Shown: positions 18,661 to 26,272, counted from the first letter of the stretch. The stretch: 53,015 nucleotides of DNA from a virus (IMGVR_UViG_3300040806_000113:1-53015); one strand, 5' to 3'. Notes: generated from the letters alone by a model not told the origin. Numbers and translations: made by a program.

Positions 18661-18828
18661 CTATATAGTATAGTTGGCTTTCCTGCCGCGAACCATGCCA
18701 CCAAAGGCTTTACCGTATCGTTCACGAACCGTTTTGGTTTGCAGTACCTTGTACCGCTCATATTCTTTATTCGTTAAGTTGCTGACGTTTTCCATCGCAA
18801 TCTTTAATATTTCTTTATCACTCCGCAT
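18661..18828 (-). CDS. Small basic protein
   Basis: MRSDKE..., ends 'AFGGMVRGRKANYTI'; overlaps the terS stop. Confidence 0.55.
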   Translation of the reverse strand: MRSDKEILKIAMENVSNLTNKEYERYKVLQTKTVRERYGKAFGGMVRGRKANYTI

Positions 18829-19222
18829 CGATAACCACTTCTTTCTTGGGTGGCAACAGGACAACCCCGTGGATTGCCTGTACGTTGTGGTTCATTGTTT
18901 CTTGTTTGGCTATGCCGACGCGGTTCAGGATACTTTCCGCTGCTTTCATCCGCAGTTCGTCCCCGCGTTCGATATCAGGGGCCGTTACGAGGCTTGCCAA
19001 CTTGTTCGCGGCTGACAAGGAGTGGCCCGCTAACATGACTTTGGTACGCTCTATAATCTCATCAGCCAACCGTTCCTTGAGCCACGTAACTGACTTAGGG
19101 GAATATCCCACGAGTTCGGCAGCAACGGTCATATTGCCGTTGTTTTCGAACAGAGCGTCTAGGAACTGCTCCTGCTTTTCAGTTAGGGCAGCTTTTTTAT
19201 TCGTTTGGGGTAGTAAATTCAT
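18818..19222 (-). CDS. terS: Terminase small subunit (putative)
   Basis: 'LTEKQEQFLDAL...AAELVGYS' HTH typical of TerS; upstream of terL. Confidence 0.75.
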   Translation of the reverse strand: MNLLPQTNKKAALTEKQEQFLDALFENNGNMTVAAELVGYSPKSVTWLKERLADEIIERTKVMLAGHSLSAANKLASLVTAPDIERGDELRMKAAESILNRVGIAKQETMNHNVQAIHGVVLLPPKKEVVIDAE

Positions 19223-19228
19223 GGGGAT

Positions 19229-19429
19229 TTACGTTGGTGTACCTTTTGTATTTGTACACTTCCATTTTATGTTTAGTTCGAACAGGTTTGCACCCGTGGC
19301 GAACTCTGCCATTTCGTCAACACGACGCATACAGTCAGGTTTACTGGCGTAGGGACCTCGTGTGTCGCTCAACTCAACACATTCTTGGGGTGCTGCAGCT
19401 AAACATATTAGTAAGACAGCTTCGAACAT
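19229..19429 (-). CDS. Small Cys-containing protein with hydrophobic N-terminus
   Basis: MFEAVLLICL..., GGAG RBS, first gene after a promoter. Confidence 0.6.
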   Translation of the reverse strand: MFEAVLLICLAAAPQECVELSDTRGPYASKPDCMRRVDEMAEFATGANLFELNIKWKCTNTKGTPT

Positions 19430-19463
19430 GGTGTTCTCCCGCGAACATGTGGCATACCCCTGT

Positions 19464-19492
19464 ATTATGGTGGGTTTTGGAACCGGTGTCAA
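19464..19492 (-). promoter_or_regulatory. Sigma70 promoter of the packaging/structural arm
   Basis: TTGACA-17 bp-CATAAT. Confidence 0.75.
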
Positions 19493-19543
19493 CCCGTTTT
19501 TCACGTGGTTTACTAAAAAATAACCAAAAATGAAAAAAAGGTG

Positions 19544-19572
19544 TTGACAAATGCGGAAAATGACGCTACCAT
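19544..19572 (+). promoter_or_regulatory. Divergent sigma70 promoter firing into the non-coding region
   Basis: TTGACA-17 bp-TACCAT with an A-rich UP-like tract upstream. Confidence 0.65.
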
Positions 19573-19578
19573 AGGACC

Positions 19579-19693
19579 TAGTCCTGCCGGGGTAAACCCT
19601 ATACACACCCAAGCCCCCCGGTTTCCCCCCAATGGTTCGCAAAGTTACATGAATGGTCCCCCTGTTGGTTCGCCCAGCGGGGGGTTTTTCTTT
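19579..19693 (+). ncRNA. Candidate ~110-nt small RNA
   Basis: Lies between that promoter and a GC hairpin plus T tract; no credible ORF. Confidence 0.4.
19658..19693 (+). terminator. Intrinsic terminator
   Basis: CCCCTGTTGG-TTCGC-CCAGCGGGGG stem followed by TTTTTCTTT. Confidence 0.6.
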
Positions 19694-20070
19694 GGGGCAA
19701 CTCCGGTTCCCCCAGAGGTTCGCAAATTAACCATATCGATAACCTAAAAAGTAGAAAAAATATGTCGGGTTTGCATAGCAAATGCAGGGGGGGTGGGGTG
19801 ACCCTTGCGTACCCGCGCACGAGCCATATTTTTATCTTGTTTGTCTCAATCACCGATACCCTAACCCCGCGAACATAAGCCAAACCCCGCGAACACATGG
19901 GAAACCCCATAGCGAACCCGCGCCCGCCCGCGCCCGTGTAGTTGATTTGTCATGCTTGTTTGTTGTGGGGTGGGCTGTCGGTCTGGTAAATGATAGCAAT
20001 CTCGCTGCAATTCCAAACCCAAAACCCCAAGGGATTACCGCCGGTTATCCCCTTTTAATATAACCGGCAT

Positions 20071-20104
20071 AAAAAAACCCCCCCGCCGACTAGGGCAAGG
20101 GGGG
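20071..20104 (-). terminator. Intrinsic terminator ending the early-gene arm
   Basis: C6...G7 stem followed by T7 on the minus strand. Confidence 0.7.
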
Positions 20105-20157
20105 CAAGGCTGGAGCGGGTAAGGGAGGAAACAACCCCGCCCCATGGGTTCGCAAAG

Positions 20158-20625
20158 TTACGCAGGGATACGGTAAATCTTCATGTATCTGCCTGCTTGA
20201 CGGCTGCCAAGGTGGTGAATCTGGACTGTGTAACCGTTCTTTTTCAAGGTGGTTAGCATTGCGTAAATGCTCTGTTTCTTACACTCAAGGTTACCAGCAA
20301 GCACCGGCACCGATTGATACCCGCGCTTTAGTTCCGCAACAAGCCGGTGATGCCGCGCTGCCATCCTATGCCAGTTGTTCGCGGGCTTTGCTGGCTGTTC
20401 GCGGCTGGTATCTTCCCCGCTGCGGTCTTCAAATATCCGCAACAGTTTTTCGGCCTTTTCCTTTTCGCGCTTGGCATAACTGGCTTCTAGTTCGGCAACG
20501 TAACCGCGCCAGATGCGGGTTGCCTCTTCTGTGGCCTTTTCCCGCTCATCGGCACGAATAGCAGACTCAGCGTCAACAAGGTCATTAGCAAGTGATGCAC
20601 GGATTGTTTCAATTGATTTGGTCAT
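20158..20625 (-). CDS. Coiled-coil plus C-terminal winged-HTH protein
   Basis: 'SVPVLAGNLECKKQSIYAMLTTLKKNGYTV...YRI'; own promoter CTGACC-17-TATAAT near 20685-20713. Confidence 0.6.
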   Translation of the reverse strand: MTKSIETIRASLANDLVDAESAIRADEREKATEEATRIWRGYVAELEASYAKREKEKAEKLLRIFEDRSGEDTSREQPAKPANNWHRMAARHHRLVAELKRGYQSVPVLAGNLECKKQSIYAMLTTLKKNGYTVQIHHLGSRQAGRYMKIYRIPA

Positions 20626-20793
20626 TTTGTGGTTCTTTCTGCCCCTCGGGGCGTTGGTTGGTTTAAGCAATAAAGACCGCATATATTATAGAGATTATCA
20701 ACAGTACGGTCAGGCTGCGATAAATTACATAAAGGGCTTCCATGGTTCATATCCCAAACAAGATGCAAACAAGCATCACGATTTCAAGCAACG

Positions 20794-21816
20794 TCATGCT
20801 GCCACCGACAACCAAGCGTCACTATTCAAGACGCTGGCAACCTGTTCATTTCGCTTGCGCTGCACATCATAGACCTTGGCCGTTTTCTTGCCGGTCTGGT
20901 ATTCCTTGCCGGTTTCAAGATTGGTGACGGTCTCATTCGTATGAGTTGCCCAGTGGGTTAGGGCATTATAGGCCGCCCACATTGTCCCGCCCAGTTCGGG
21001 CTTTTCCTTGTCGAACATGTAAAGAAGAGCGTTCATTAGGCGTTCGTTGACACCCTCAAGAACACCGGCTTTTACTGCTCGCCCAGTCTTTGCACAAATG
21101 GTTTCTTTCAGGATGTTCGCGAATTGCTCATCAGACAGCCGCGAACCCTGCCAAGCCCGCATTTGTTCGCGCTGGCTTGTCCACATATCAAGAGAGACGC
21201 CCGCCTTGGTTATCATGGCTTCAACACTCAGATTCTTGGTATGCTTTGCTTTTTGTTGATAGGATTTTTCCCCGCCGAAAACCAAGGTATTGCGGCACAA
21301 GTCACGATATGCGCCGCTGAATATCTGAAAACACCAAGATTTATCAACACTGTTAAAAATATCCATGCGGCACCTTACAAGGTCGCTGCTATCCCCTACG
21401 GTCGTTTGCAGGTCGTTAAAGTGAATAGTGCGATGCGCTCGAAGCCCGCCTTCATAGAGCCGGTCAACAACGGAAACATCACCAAGCGGCAAATCTGATT
21501 CGCCTAGTAAATGCGCCTGTTTTGCAAATAGCCGGTCGTGGGGTTCCAGTCTATAAGAGCGGCCTATTGGGGCAACGTCCAAAACATCACCGGTCGCCTT
21601 ATTTTGTAAAGCCGAATAGTTCGGCATGGCGACAGGTTCCTCAATCATGGTCGAACCCTCAACAGTCTGGCGTAAAGCTTCAATGGGGATTTTGCGAACC
21701 GCTCCAAGCTGGTTGAACAAATCGACGTTTGCAGGGTCGTTATGTTCAAACGTATAGGTGCCGCTACCGCGATTAACAAATCCGGTCGGGCTTTCATTAG
21801 GTACTAAATCAAACAT
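20794..21816 (-). CDS. DUF932/DUF945-family protein
   Basis: 'NSVD', 'RDLCRNTL', 'KHTKN', 'TMWAAYNALTHWATH'. Confidence 0.75.
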   Translation of the reverse strand: MFDLVPNESPTGFVNRGSGTYTFEHNDPANVDLFNQLGAVRKIPIEALRQTVEGSTMIEEPVAMPNYSALQNKATGDVLDVAPIGRSYRLEPHDRLFAKQAHLLGESDLPLGDVSVVDRLYEGGLRAHRTIHFNDLQTTVGDSSDLVRCRMDIFNSVDKSWCFQIFSGAYRDLCRNTLVFGGEKSYQQKAKHTKNLSVEAMITKAGVSLDMWTSQREQMRAWQGSRLSDEQFANILKETICAKTGRAVKAGVLEGVNERLMNALLYMFDKEKPELGGTMWAAYNALTHWATHTNETVTNLETGKEYQTGKKTAKVYDVQRKRNEQVASVLNSDAWLSVAA

Positions 21817-21873
21817 GGTTGGTTATTCCTTCTATTGGTTGTTGGCATGGTATTTGCTACCAGCCTTGATTTG

Positions 21874-21902
21874 TTTATGCCACCGCCCGCCGAATCGGTC
21901 AA
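21874..21902 (-). promoter_or_regulatory. Sigma70-like promoter
   Basis: TTGACC-17 bp-CATAAA upstream of the DUF932 gene. Confidence 0.5.
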
Positions 21903-22044
21903 CAATAAAAATAGATAAATAAAATGGATGCCGCCCCGCGACTCGCGACACCCTTTGCTAATACCGCACCCAGTCCCCCCGAACCACCAAGAACACTGCA
22001 GGTAACATACTAGCCCCAAGAAAAAGTTTAGCGTGGTTGATTTG

Positions 22045-22662
22045 TCATTTGACCGCTTCAACAATTTGGGTAACACCATTGCCCTTTGTATAGCAAAGCA
22101 GGCAATCGCGGCATTTTTGCCCAGTGCAGTTCTGTTCAATCCCTTTAAAATGCTTTTCTACATTGTTAAAAGTTCGGTCGAAAAACTCAGGCACGTTATC
22201 CATGACGCGATTGATTGTTGGGTTGCTGTAAATCAATATCATATTTTCAGGCTTTCTATTATGCCGGTAGTATTTCTGGACAATATCTTTTCGTTTAGTC
22301 CAAAGCGCAAAAGTACAATGCGGATTATATTCGGCAATGCGGTTTAAGTTTTCTAGATGCGTTTCATTTATTAATTCCCCATGGGCGGAAAAACGGAAAA
22401 AGGCATCTAGAATATTTGGCAACATATGGGCGGGGATTATTCCGCCTGATAAAATGTCGCTGTTATGCTGCCAAGCTGGCGCACAGTTTTTCCGCAACCC
22501 TTGCAACATTTCCATTGAATAGCATTTAGTGCAGATTAAATCTGTTTTGCCGCTGCTATACATCTTCTTGCAAAAATCATTTGTTAGCGTGTTAGTGCTG
22601 ATTGCGTGAAAGCCTGCAAGCTTGCCGGTCATCTTGGATATTTTTAAAACTGAATGGTTCAT
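22045..22662 (-). CDS. Gp88-like Cys-rich (Fe-S/radical-SAM-like) protein
   Basis: 'C...ICTKCYS', 'FRFSAHGEL', 'LWTKR', 'CTGQKCRDCLLCY'. Confidence 0.65.
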   Translation of the reverse strand: MNHSVLKISKMTGKLAGFHAISTNTLTNDFCKKMYSSGKTDLICTKCYSMEMLQGLRKNCAPAWQHNSDILSGGIIPAHMLPNILDAFFRFSAHGELINETHLENLNRIAEYNPHCTFALWTKRKDIVQKYYRHNRKPENMILIYSNPTINRVMDNVPEFFDRTFNNVEKHFKGIEQNCTGQKCRDCLLCYTKGNGVTQIVEAVK

Positions 22663-22702
22663 CGGTTCGGGTTCCTTCGTTTGGTTAATTGATTACCTAC
22701 CA

Positions 22703-22909
22703 TTAAGGATAGTAACCGGCATGGTCAAGCCCTTTTATTTGCTGCCCCTGTTTTTTTAGATAGCATTTCGGACAGGACAGCCCCGCCAGTTCGCGAACCA
22801 TCGCCGGTTCCCCGCAATCATCGCAACGATACGCAGGGTTTAGCGTGGTTGGTTTGTCACGTTTTAGCGTGGGCGATTTGTCAAAAGTTTGGCGTGTAGT
22901 GTTTGTCAT
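22703..22909 (-). CDS. Small zinc-finger protein
   Basis: CDDC...CPKC. Confidence 0.5.
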   Translation of the reverse strand: MTNTTRQTFDKSPTLKRDKPTTLNPAYRCDDCGEPAMVRELAGLSCPKCYLKKQGQQIKGLDHAGYYP

Positions 22910-23032
22910 CGTTCAAGGCTCGCTTTAATGTGGCTAATTTGTCACGTTCTGCGTTTGTCACCGGTTCGCGGTTCCACTCTTTGTCACGGATTTGTCTTCT
23001 TAGCGTGAAGTATTTGTCAGCCGTGTTTGTCA
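22839..23032. repeat. Array of 21-bp TTTAGCGTGG-N4-TTTGTCA repeats plus extra TTTGTCA half-sites
   Basis: Full or near-full copies at 22839, 22863, 22888, 22924 and 22999; half-sites at 22954, 22980 and 23026. Confidence 0.85.
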
Positions 23033-23138
23033 GGCGTGGGTCATTTGCCGCGTTGGGGTATCGTGGCGTGATTGCGCTTGTCGAAACATATGCTAATGTG
23101 TGGCGGCACTCCCAAGCGGTTCTCATCTTCTGCCTCAT
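22881..23138 (-). CDS. Hypothetical protein overlapping the repeat array
   Basis: ATGA coupling to the upstream ORF; coding status uncertain. Confidence 0.4.
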   Translation of the reverse strand: MRQKMRTAWECRHTLAYVSTSAITPRYPNAANDPRLTNTADKYFTLRRQIRDKEWNREPVTNAERDKLATLKRALNDDKHYTPNF

Positions 23139-23308
23139 ATATAACTATAATTAAACTCAGCGTCTAAGCCATGCCATGCTTGTTCGTAGGCATAATCCCA
23201 GTTGCTATGATAACCAGTCTCAACATCGTGGTCTGCTTGTCTCTTAGCCCAGTGGTCTAGGCTAGGTTCGTGGTTGAGGGGCAATTCTTCTTGAAATCCG
23301 ATTGTCAT
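23135..23308 (-). CDS. Hypothetical protein (57 aa)
   Basis: Translated by hand (MTIGFQEELPLNHEPSLDHWA...); ATGA overlaps at both ends. Confidence 0.6.
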   Translation of the reverse strand: MTIGFQEELPLNHEPSLDHWAKRQADHDVETGYHSNWDYAYEQAWHGLDAEFNYSYI

Positions 23309-23508
23309 ATGTACTTACTCCAGTAGTTGTCCCAAGCTTCACGCAACATATCAGCATATTCTCTGTCGTTGTGCAAGCCCAAGAAATCGCGGTGCGGTTC
23401 CATCTCTTGCATGAACTCCCCAAAGAACTCGCAGTTGCCTATCTTACTATTGGCAAGATACCAGAAGTCTTCTTCTAGCTGCATTGCCCAAGCCTTTACT
23501 TTACCCAT
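23305..23508 (-). CDS. Hypothetical early protein
   Basis: MGKVKAWAMQLEE, AAGGA RBS. Confidence 0.6.
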   Translation of the reverse strand: MGKVKAWAMQLEEDFWYLANSKIGNCEFFGEFMQEMEPHRDFLGLHNDREYADMLREAWDNYWSKYI

Positions 23509-23689
23509 GTTTTTTCCTTTCGGGTTGAAATACACGAATTTTTGAAATGCCTTCATATACTTCATCTAATTCTTTCCTGATACGCAACGCCGTTTCATAC
23601 ACCTCACCACCGTTACCGTCTTGGTTAGGTAAAAGACCAGCGTTACCGTAATCTATGATGTACTTTAAGATAAGTGAAATGTCGCTCAT
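23501..23689 (-). CDS. Hypothetical early protein
   Basis: Tightly packed in the operon. Confidence 0.5.
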   Translation of the reverse strand: MSDISLILKYIIDYGNAGLLPNQDGNGGEVYETALRIRKELDEVYEGISKIRVFQPERKKHG

Positions 23690-23884
23690 TTAGAAATCCT
23701 CGACTTGTGTCTTGGCCTCTTCGAACTTGCAACGTGTCGTGTAGTAAGCCATCAGCATTGCAGCAAACTCAGGGAATGTTTCCCAATCAGGTCTGCCGTG
23801 TGTATCAAATATGTAATCAATTTCAGTGTCAAGTGGCACCAGTATGGCGTTGACTTGTTCCTTTGGTAGGTTAAGCGTTATCAT
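23690..23884 (-). CDS. Hypothetical early protein
   Basis: Coupled start/stop. Confidence 0.55.
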   Translation of the reverse strand: MITLNLPKEQVNAILVPLDTEIDYIFDTHGRPDWETFPEFAAMLMAYYTTRCKFEEAKTQVEDF

Positions 23885-24222
23885 CTGTCGTCTCCATCGT
23901 AACCATGAAATTTAATGTATTCACGCACCTTATCTCTTGCGTCCTTAACGTGACCATATATGTCATCTAACATGCTGTCAACTATGTCGGCATCTTCTAA
24001 GATTTTAGCTACCTCATTTAAGAACAGCATCATGTCCAAGCTGGTAAATTCAGATAGAACGTGTAGGTCACCTTCCCCATCACAAACATCACACTTACCA
24101 TAGGTGCTAGTTATCCAGCCACCGTTCGCAAAGTCTGTGACCGGTTTGTCGTATTCGGCAATGCCGTCACCATCACAGGCGAGACAGGTTCTAGTCACCG
24201 AATGTCTGGTAGTATAGGTCAT
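23881..24222 (-). CDS. Protein with DnaJ-type zinc finger
   Basis: CLACDGDG ... CDVCDGEG. Confidence 0.65.
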   Translation of the reverse strand: MTYTTRHSVTRTCLACDGDGIAEYDKPVTDFANGGWITSTYGKCDVCDGEGDLHVLSEFTSLDMMLFLNEVAKILEDADIVDSMLDDIYGHVKDARDKVREYIKFHGYDGDDR

Positions 24223-24796
24223 TGTAAAGTTCCCTTCCTAACTCAATTAATCTTTCTTGGTCTTGCTGCAACCAACTAACGAAATGTTCAGCGGCACAAT
24301 CAACAGGGCGAATCGCGTGTTCAAAATCGTAAGCTAAGTGTCGCTCACATGCAACTAGGTAGTTTTTGAATGACGGTTTCTGTTTGCGATAACCCTCGCT
24401 ATCCCAGTCAAACGGCTTTCCATCTGCGTCCAAGACGTTACCATCCTTGTCTGCCCACAAATCGTAATCAAAGCAATCACCAATAACATCATTCCAGAAC
24501 CAATCTAGAGTTGCTTCTCCGAAAGCTTCTTCACGTTCTGTCTCAAAAACAAAGGTCGGCTCACCAGATGTAAACTCATCGTAGTTGTCTTTGTGGTGCT
24601 TGTCGAAGAAATCCGCCATGACAGGTCTGCAAAGTTCAGCTATCTTTTTATCGTGAAAGATTGCCCAGACATCTCGTTCATCATCTAGCTTGTTGTGCAT
24701 CGCTTCATCCCAGCCTAATAGGTCGGGACAACCGTTGCTATTAAATTCAGGAACAACGGCATTGTAATATTCAATTCCAGCTACAATCTTAGTCAT
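24191..24796 (-). CDS. Acidic hypothetical protein
   Basis: 201 aa from MTKIVAG; GGAG RBS. Confidence 0.6.
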   Translation of the reverse strand: MTKIVAGIEYYNAVVPEFNSNGCPDLLGWDEAMHNKLDDERDVWAIFHDKKIAELCRPVMADFFDKHHKDNYDEFTSGEPTFVFETEREEAFGEATLDWFWNDVIGDCFDYDLWADKDGNVLDADGKPFDWDSEGYRKQKPSFKNYLVACERHLAYDFEHAIRPVDCAAEHFVSWLQQDQERLIELGRELYNDLYYQTFGD

Positions 24797-24986
24797 CTTT
24801 TTTCTCCCAATCACTAAGGCTTCCATGTTCCACCGCCCAAAGAACTTCGGCATCGTACCCATCGACTAGGGCTACTGCCTCTACCAGTGCTTTTATCTCA
24901 GCTTCATCAAAACCGTCAGCCTCGACAATCACTTCACGTTCAGTAGTAACGCGAACACGAACCTTATAACTACCTCTATTGCTCAT
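24789..24986 (-). CDS. Small protein, paralog of 25211-25381
   Basis: 'YKVRVRVTTEREVIVEA...EA'. Confidence 0.6.
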   Translation of the reverse strand: MSNRGSYKVRVRVTTEREVIVEADGFDEAEIKALVEAVALVDGYDAEVLWAVEHGSLSDWEKKDD

Positions 24987-25218
24987 AATATCTTCCCTGC
25001 CAATCTTTTATCTTGAACTTGTATGCCATAGCTTTCTTGCGACTGCAAACAATAATTCCACCAATCCAGACTTCGTTGTCTGCAACCTTCACGCGGCGCA
25101 GTCTTTCACCGTGTATCTTGTCGGCTGCATCTAGGGCAAACGAACTGGATGGATAGGGGTTGCTGACACTTGGTCGGGTGAACGGATGTTGGATTACATA
25201 CCATGAAGGATTAGCCAT
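24976..25218 (-). CDS. Hypothetical early protein
   Basis: AAGGAG RBS. Confidence 0.6.
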   Translation of the reverse strand: MANPSWYVIQHPFTRPSVSNPYPSSSFALDAADKIHGERLRRVKVADNEVWIGGIIVCSRKKAMAYKFKIKDWQGRYYEQ

Positions 25219-25381
25219 TCGCTATCTCCTTTGCCCATATAACTTGGGTGTTTTCTCCACCCACCAAGCCTTGCATTTCTATCTGTGCCAATATCCATGC
25301 CTCGTACTCTGTGTTAGCGTGGACAATAACTTCACGAGTTGTCGTTGCTTCTACCTTAACTTCCCAAGTTCGTTTAGTCAC
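25211..25381 (-). CDS. Small protein, paralog of 24789-24986 (56 aa)
   Basis: Translated by hand: GTG start, TKRTWEVKVEATTTREVIVHANTEYEA... Confidence 0.6.
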   Translation of the reverse strand: MTKRTWEVKVEATTTREVIVHANTEYEAWILAQIEMQGLVGGENTQVIWAKEIANG

Positions 25382-25628
25382 GGCTCATCTCCAATCCCAT
25401 CAGGTTCATAACGTCAATCGTTAGCTGGTCAATCAACTCATAGACATCGTTGACATCCCAATACTCGAACGGTTGCCAGTGGTTGTCACTGAGAAAGTTA
25501 TCTAGCTTTTCCTCGTTCCATGTATCCCAATCGCTGGGTAGTGGGGTGGCTAGAAAGTTTGCAGACATACGAGCAAATATCTCTGTGTGTTTAGCTGCAT
25601 ATTCTGCGTGGGTTAGTTTTGTAGCCAT
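25374..25628 (-). CDS. Hypothetical early protein
   Basis: AGGAGG RBS, MATKLTH. Confidence 0.6.
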   Translation of the reverse strand: MATKLTHAEYAAKHTEIFARMSANFLATPLPSDWDTWNEEKLDNFLSDNHWQPFEYWDVNDVYELIDQLTIDVMNLMGLEMSRD

Positions 25629-25638
25629 CGGTTTCCTC

Positions 25639-25860
25639 CTACTCTTCAATCAGGGATTGGGCAAGACGATGATAAGCATCATCCATCTTAACGATATCAT
25701 CGAACGTGGGATGGCAAAGTTCGCGATAGCTACATTGCAACTCATGCCACGCATTCTGTACTTCTTTCAAAGCCCCCTTTTGTTTTGGGGAAAGCTTCTT
25801 CCAAATTTCGAGGCGATTTTCTCTGGTTAGTTCCCATTCAGTCTTCTGTTTTCTAGCCAT
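25639..25860 (-). CDS. Hypothetical early protein
   Basis: GGAG RBS, MARKQKTEW. Confidence 0.6.
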   Translation of the reverse strand: MARKQKTEWELTRENRLEIWKKLSPKQKGALKEVQNAWHELQCSYRELCHPTFDDIVKMDDAYHRLAQSLIEE

Positions 25861-25920
25861 TTCATTTCTCCATCGGCTGTTGATATATAACCAATATCGG
25901 AAACAAAAAGGGGTGTCAAC

Positions 25921-25955
25921 AAAAAAAAACGAGGCCAGAAATAAATCTGACCTCG
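25921..25955 (-). terminator. Intrinsic terminator
   Basis: CGAGGTCAGA...TCTGGCCTCG followed by a T run, then a TTGACA. Confidence 0.75.
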
Positions 25956-26011
25956 CTTCCCAACCAACCAAGGAAACAAAGGGTAACCACTCCCCCTGTT
26001 CAACCTTACTA

Positions 26012-26272
26012 CTAAACTACTTCGTAAGGTGTCCCTAGTTTTACCAAGACTTGACGGTTCTTGTCAAGCCACTTTTTACAATCATTTTCACTTTTTCCCA
26101 CGAACACGGAAATGTCCAGTAAGTAATCTACACAATCTTTTTTCTTCACCAGTTCGCGGTCAGTCTCTCCGATTCGAACAGATGAGACAGGTGCATTGAC
26201 AATCCACGAACCGTCTTTGCGTTGCCATACTTCGATGGTAGGTTTCTTAGTCTGTAGAGATGTTTGGGTCAT
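26012..26272 (-). CDS. Hypothetical protein
   Basis: 86 aa, overlaps the end of the RHH gene. Confidence 0.5.
   Translation of the reverse strand: MTQTSLQTKKPTIEVWQRKDGSWIVNAPVSSVRIGETDRELVKKKDCVDYLLDISVFVGKSENDCKKWLDKNRQVLVKLGTPYEVV

Noticed and set aside
19541-20063. ORFs called in the non-coding control region
   Set aside because: Low-complexity translations lacking an RBS and overlapping promoters and terminators
22839-23032. Mini-CRISPR array
   Set aside because: Repeats are degenerate and nearly adjacent, with no unique spacers of regular length
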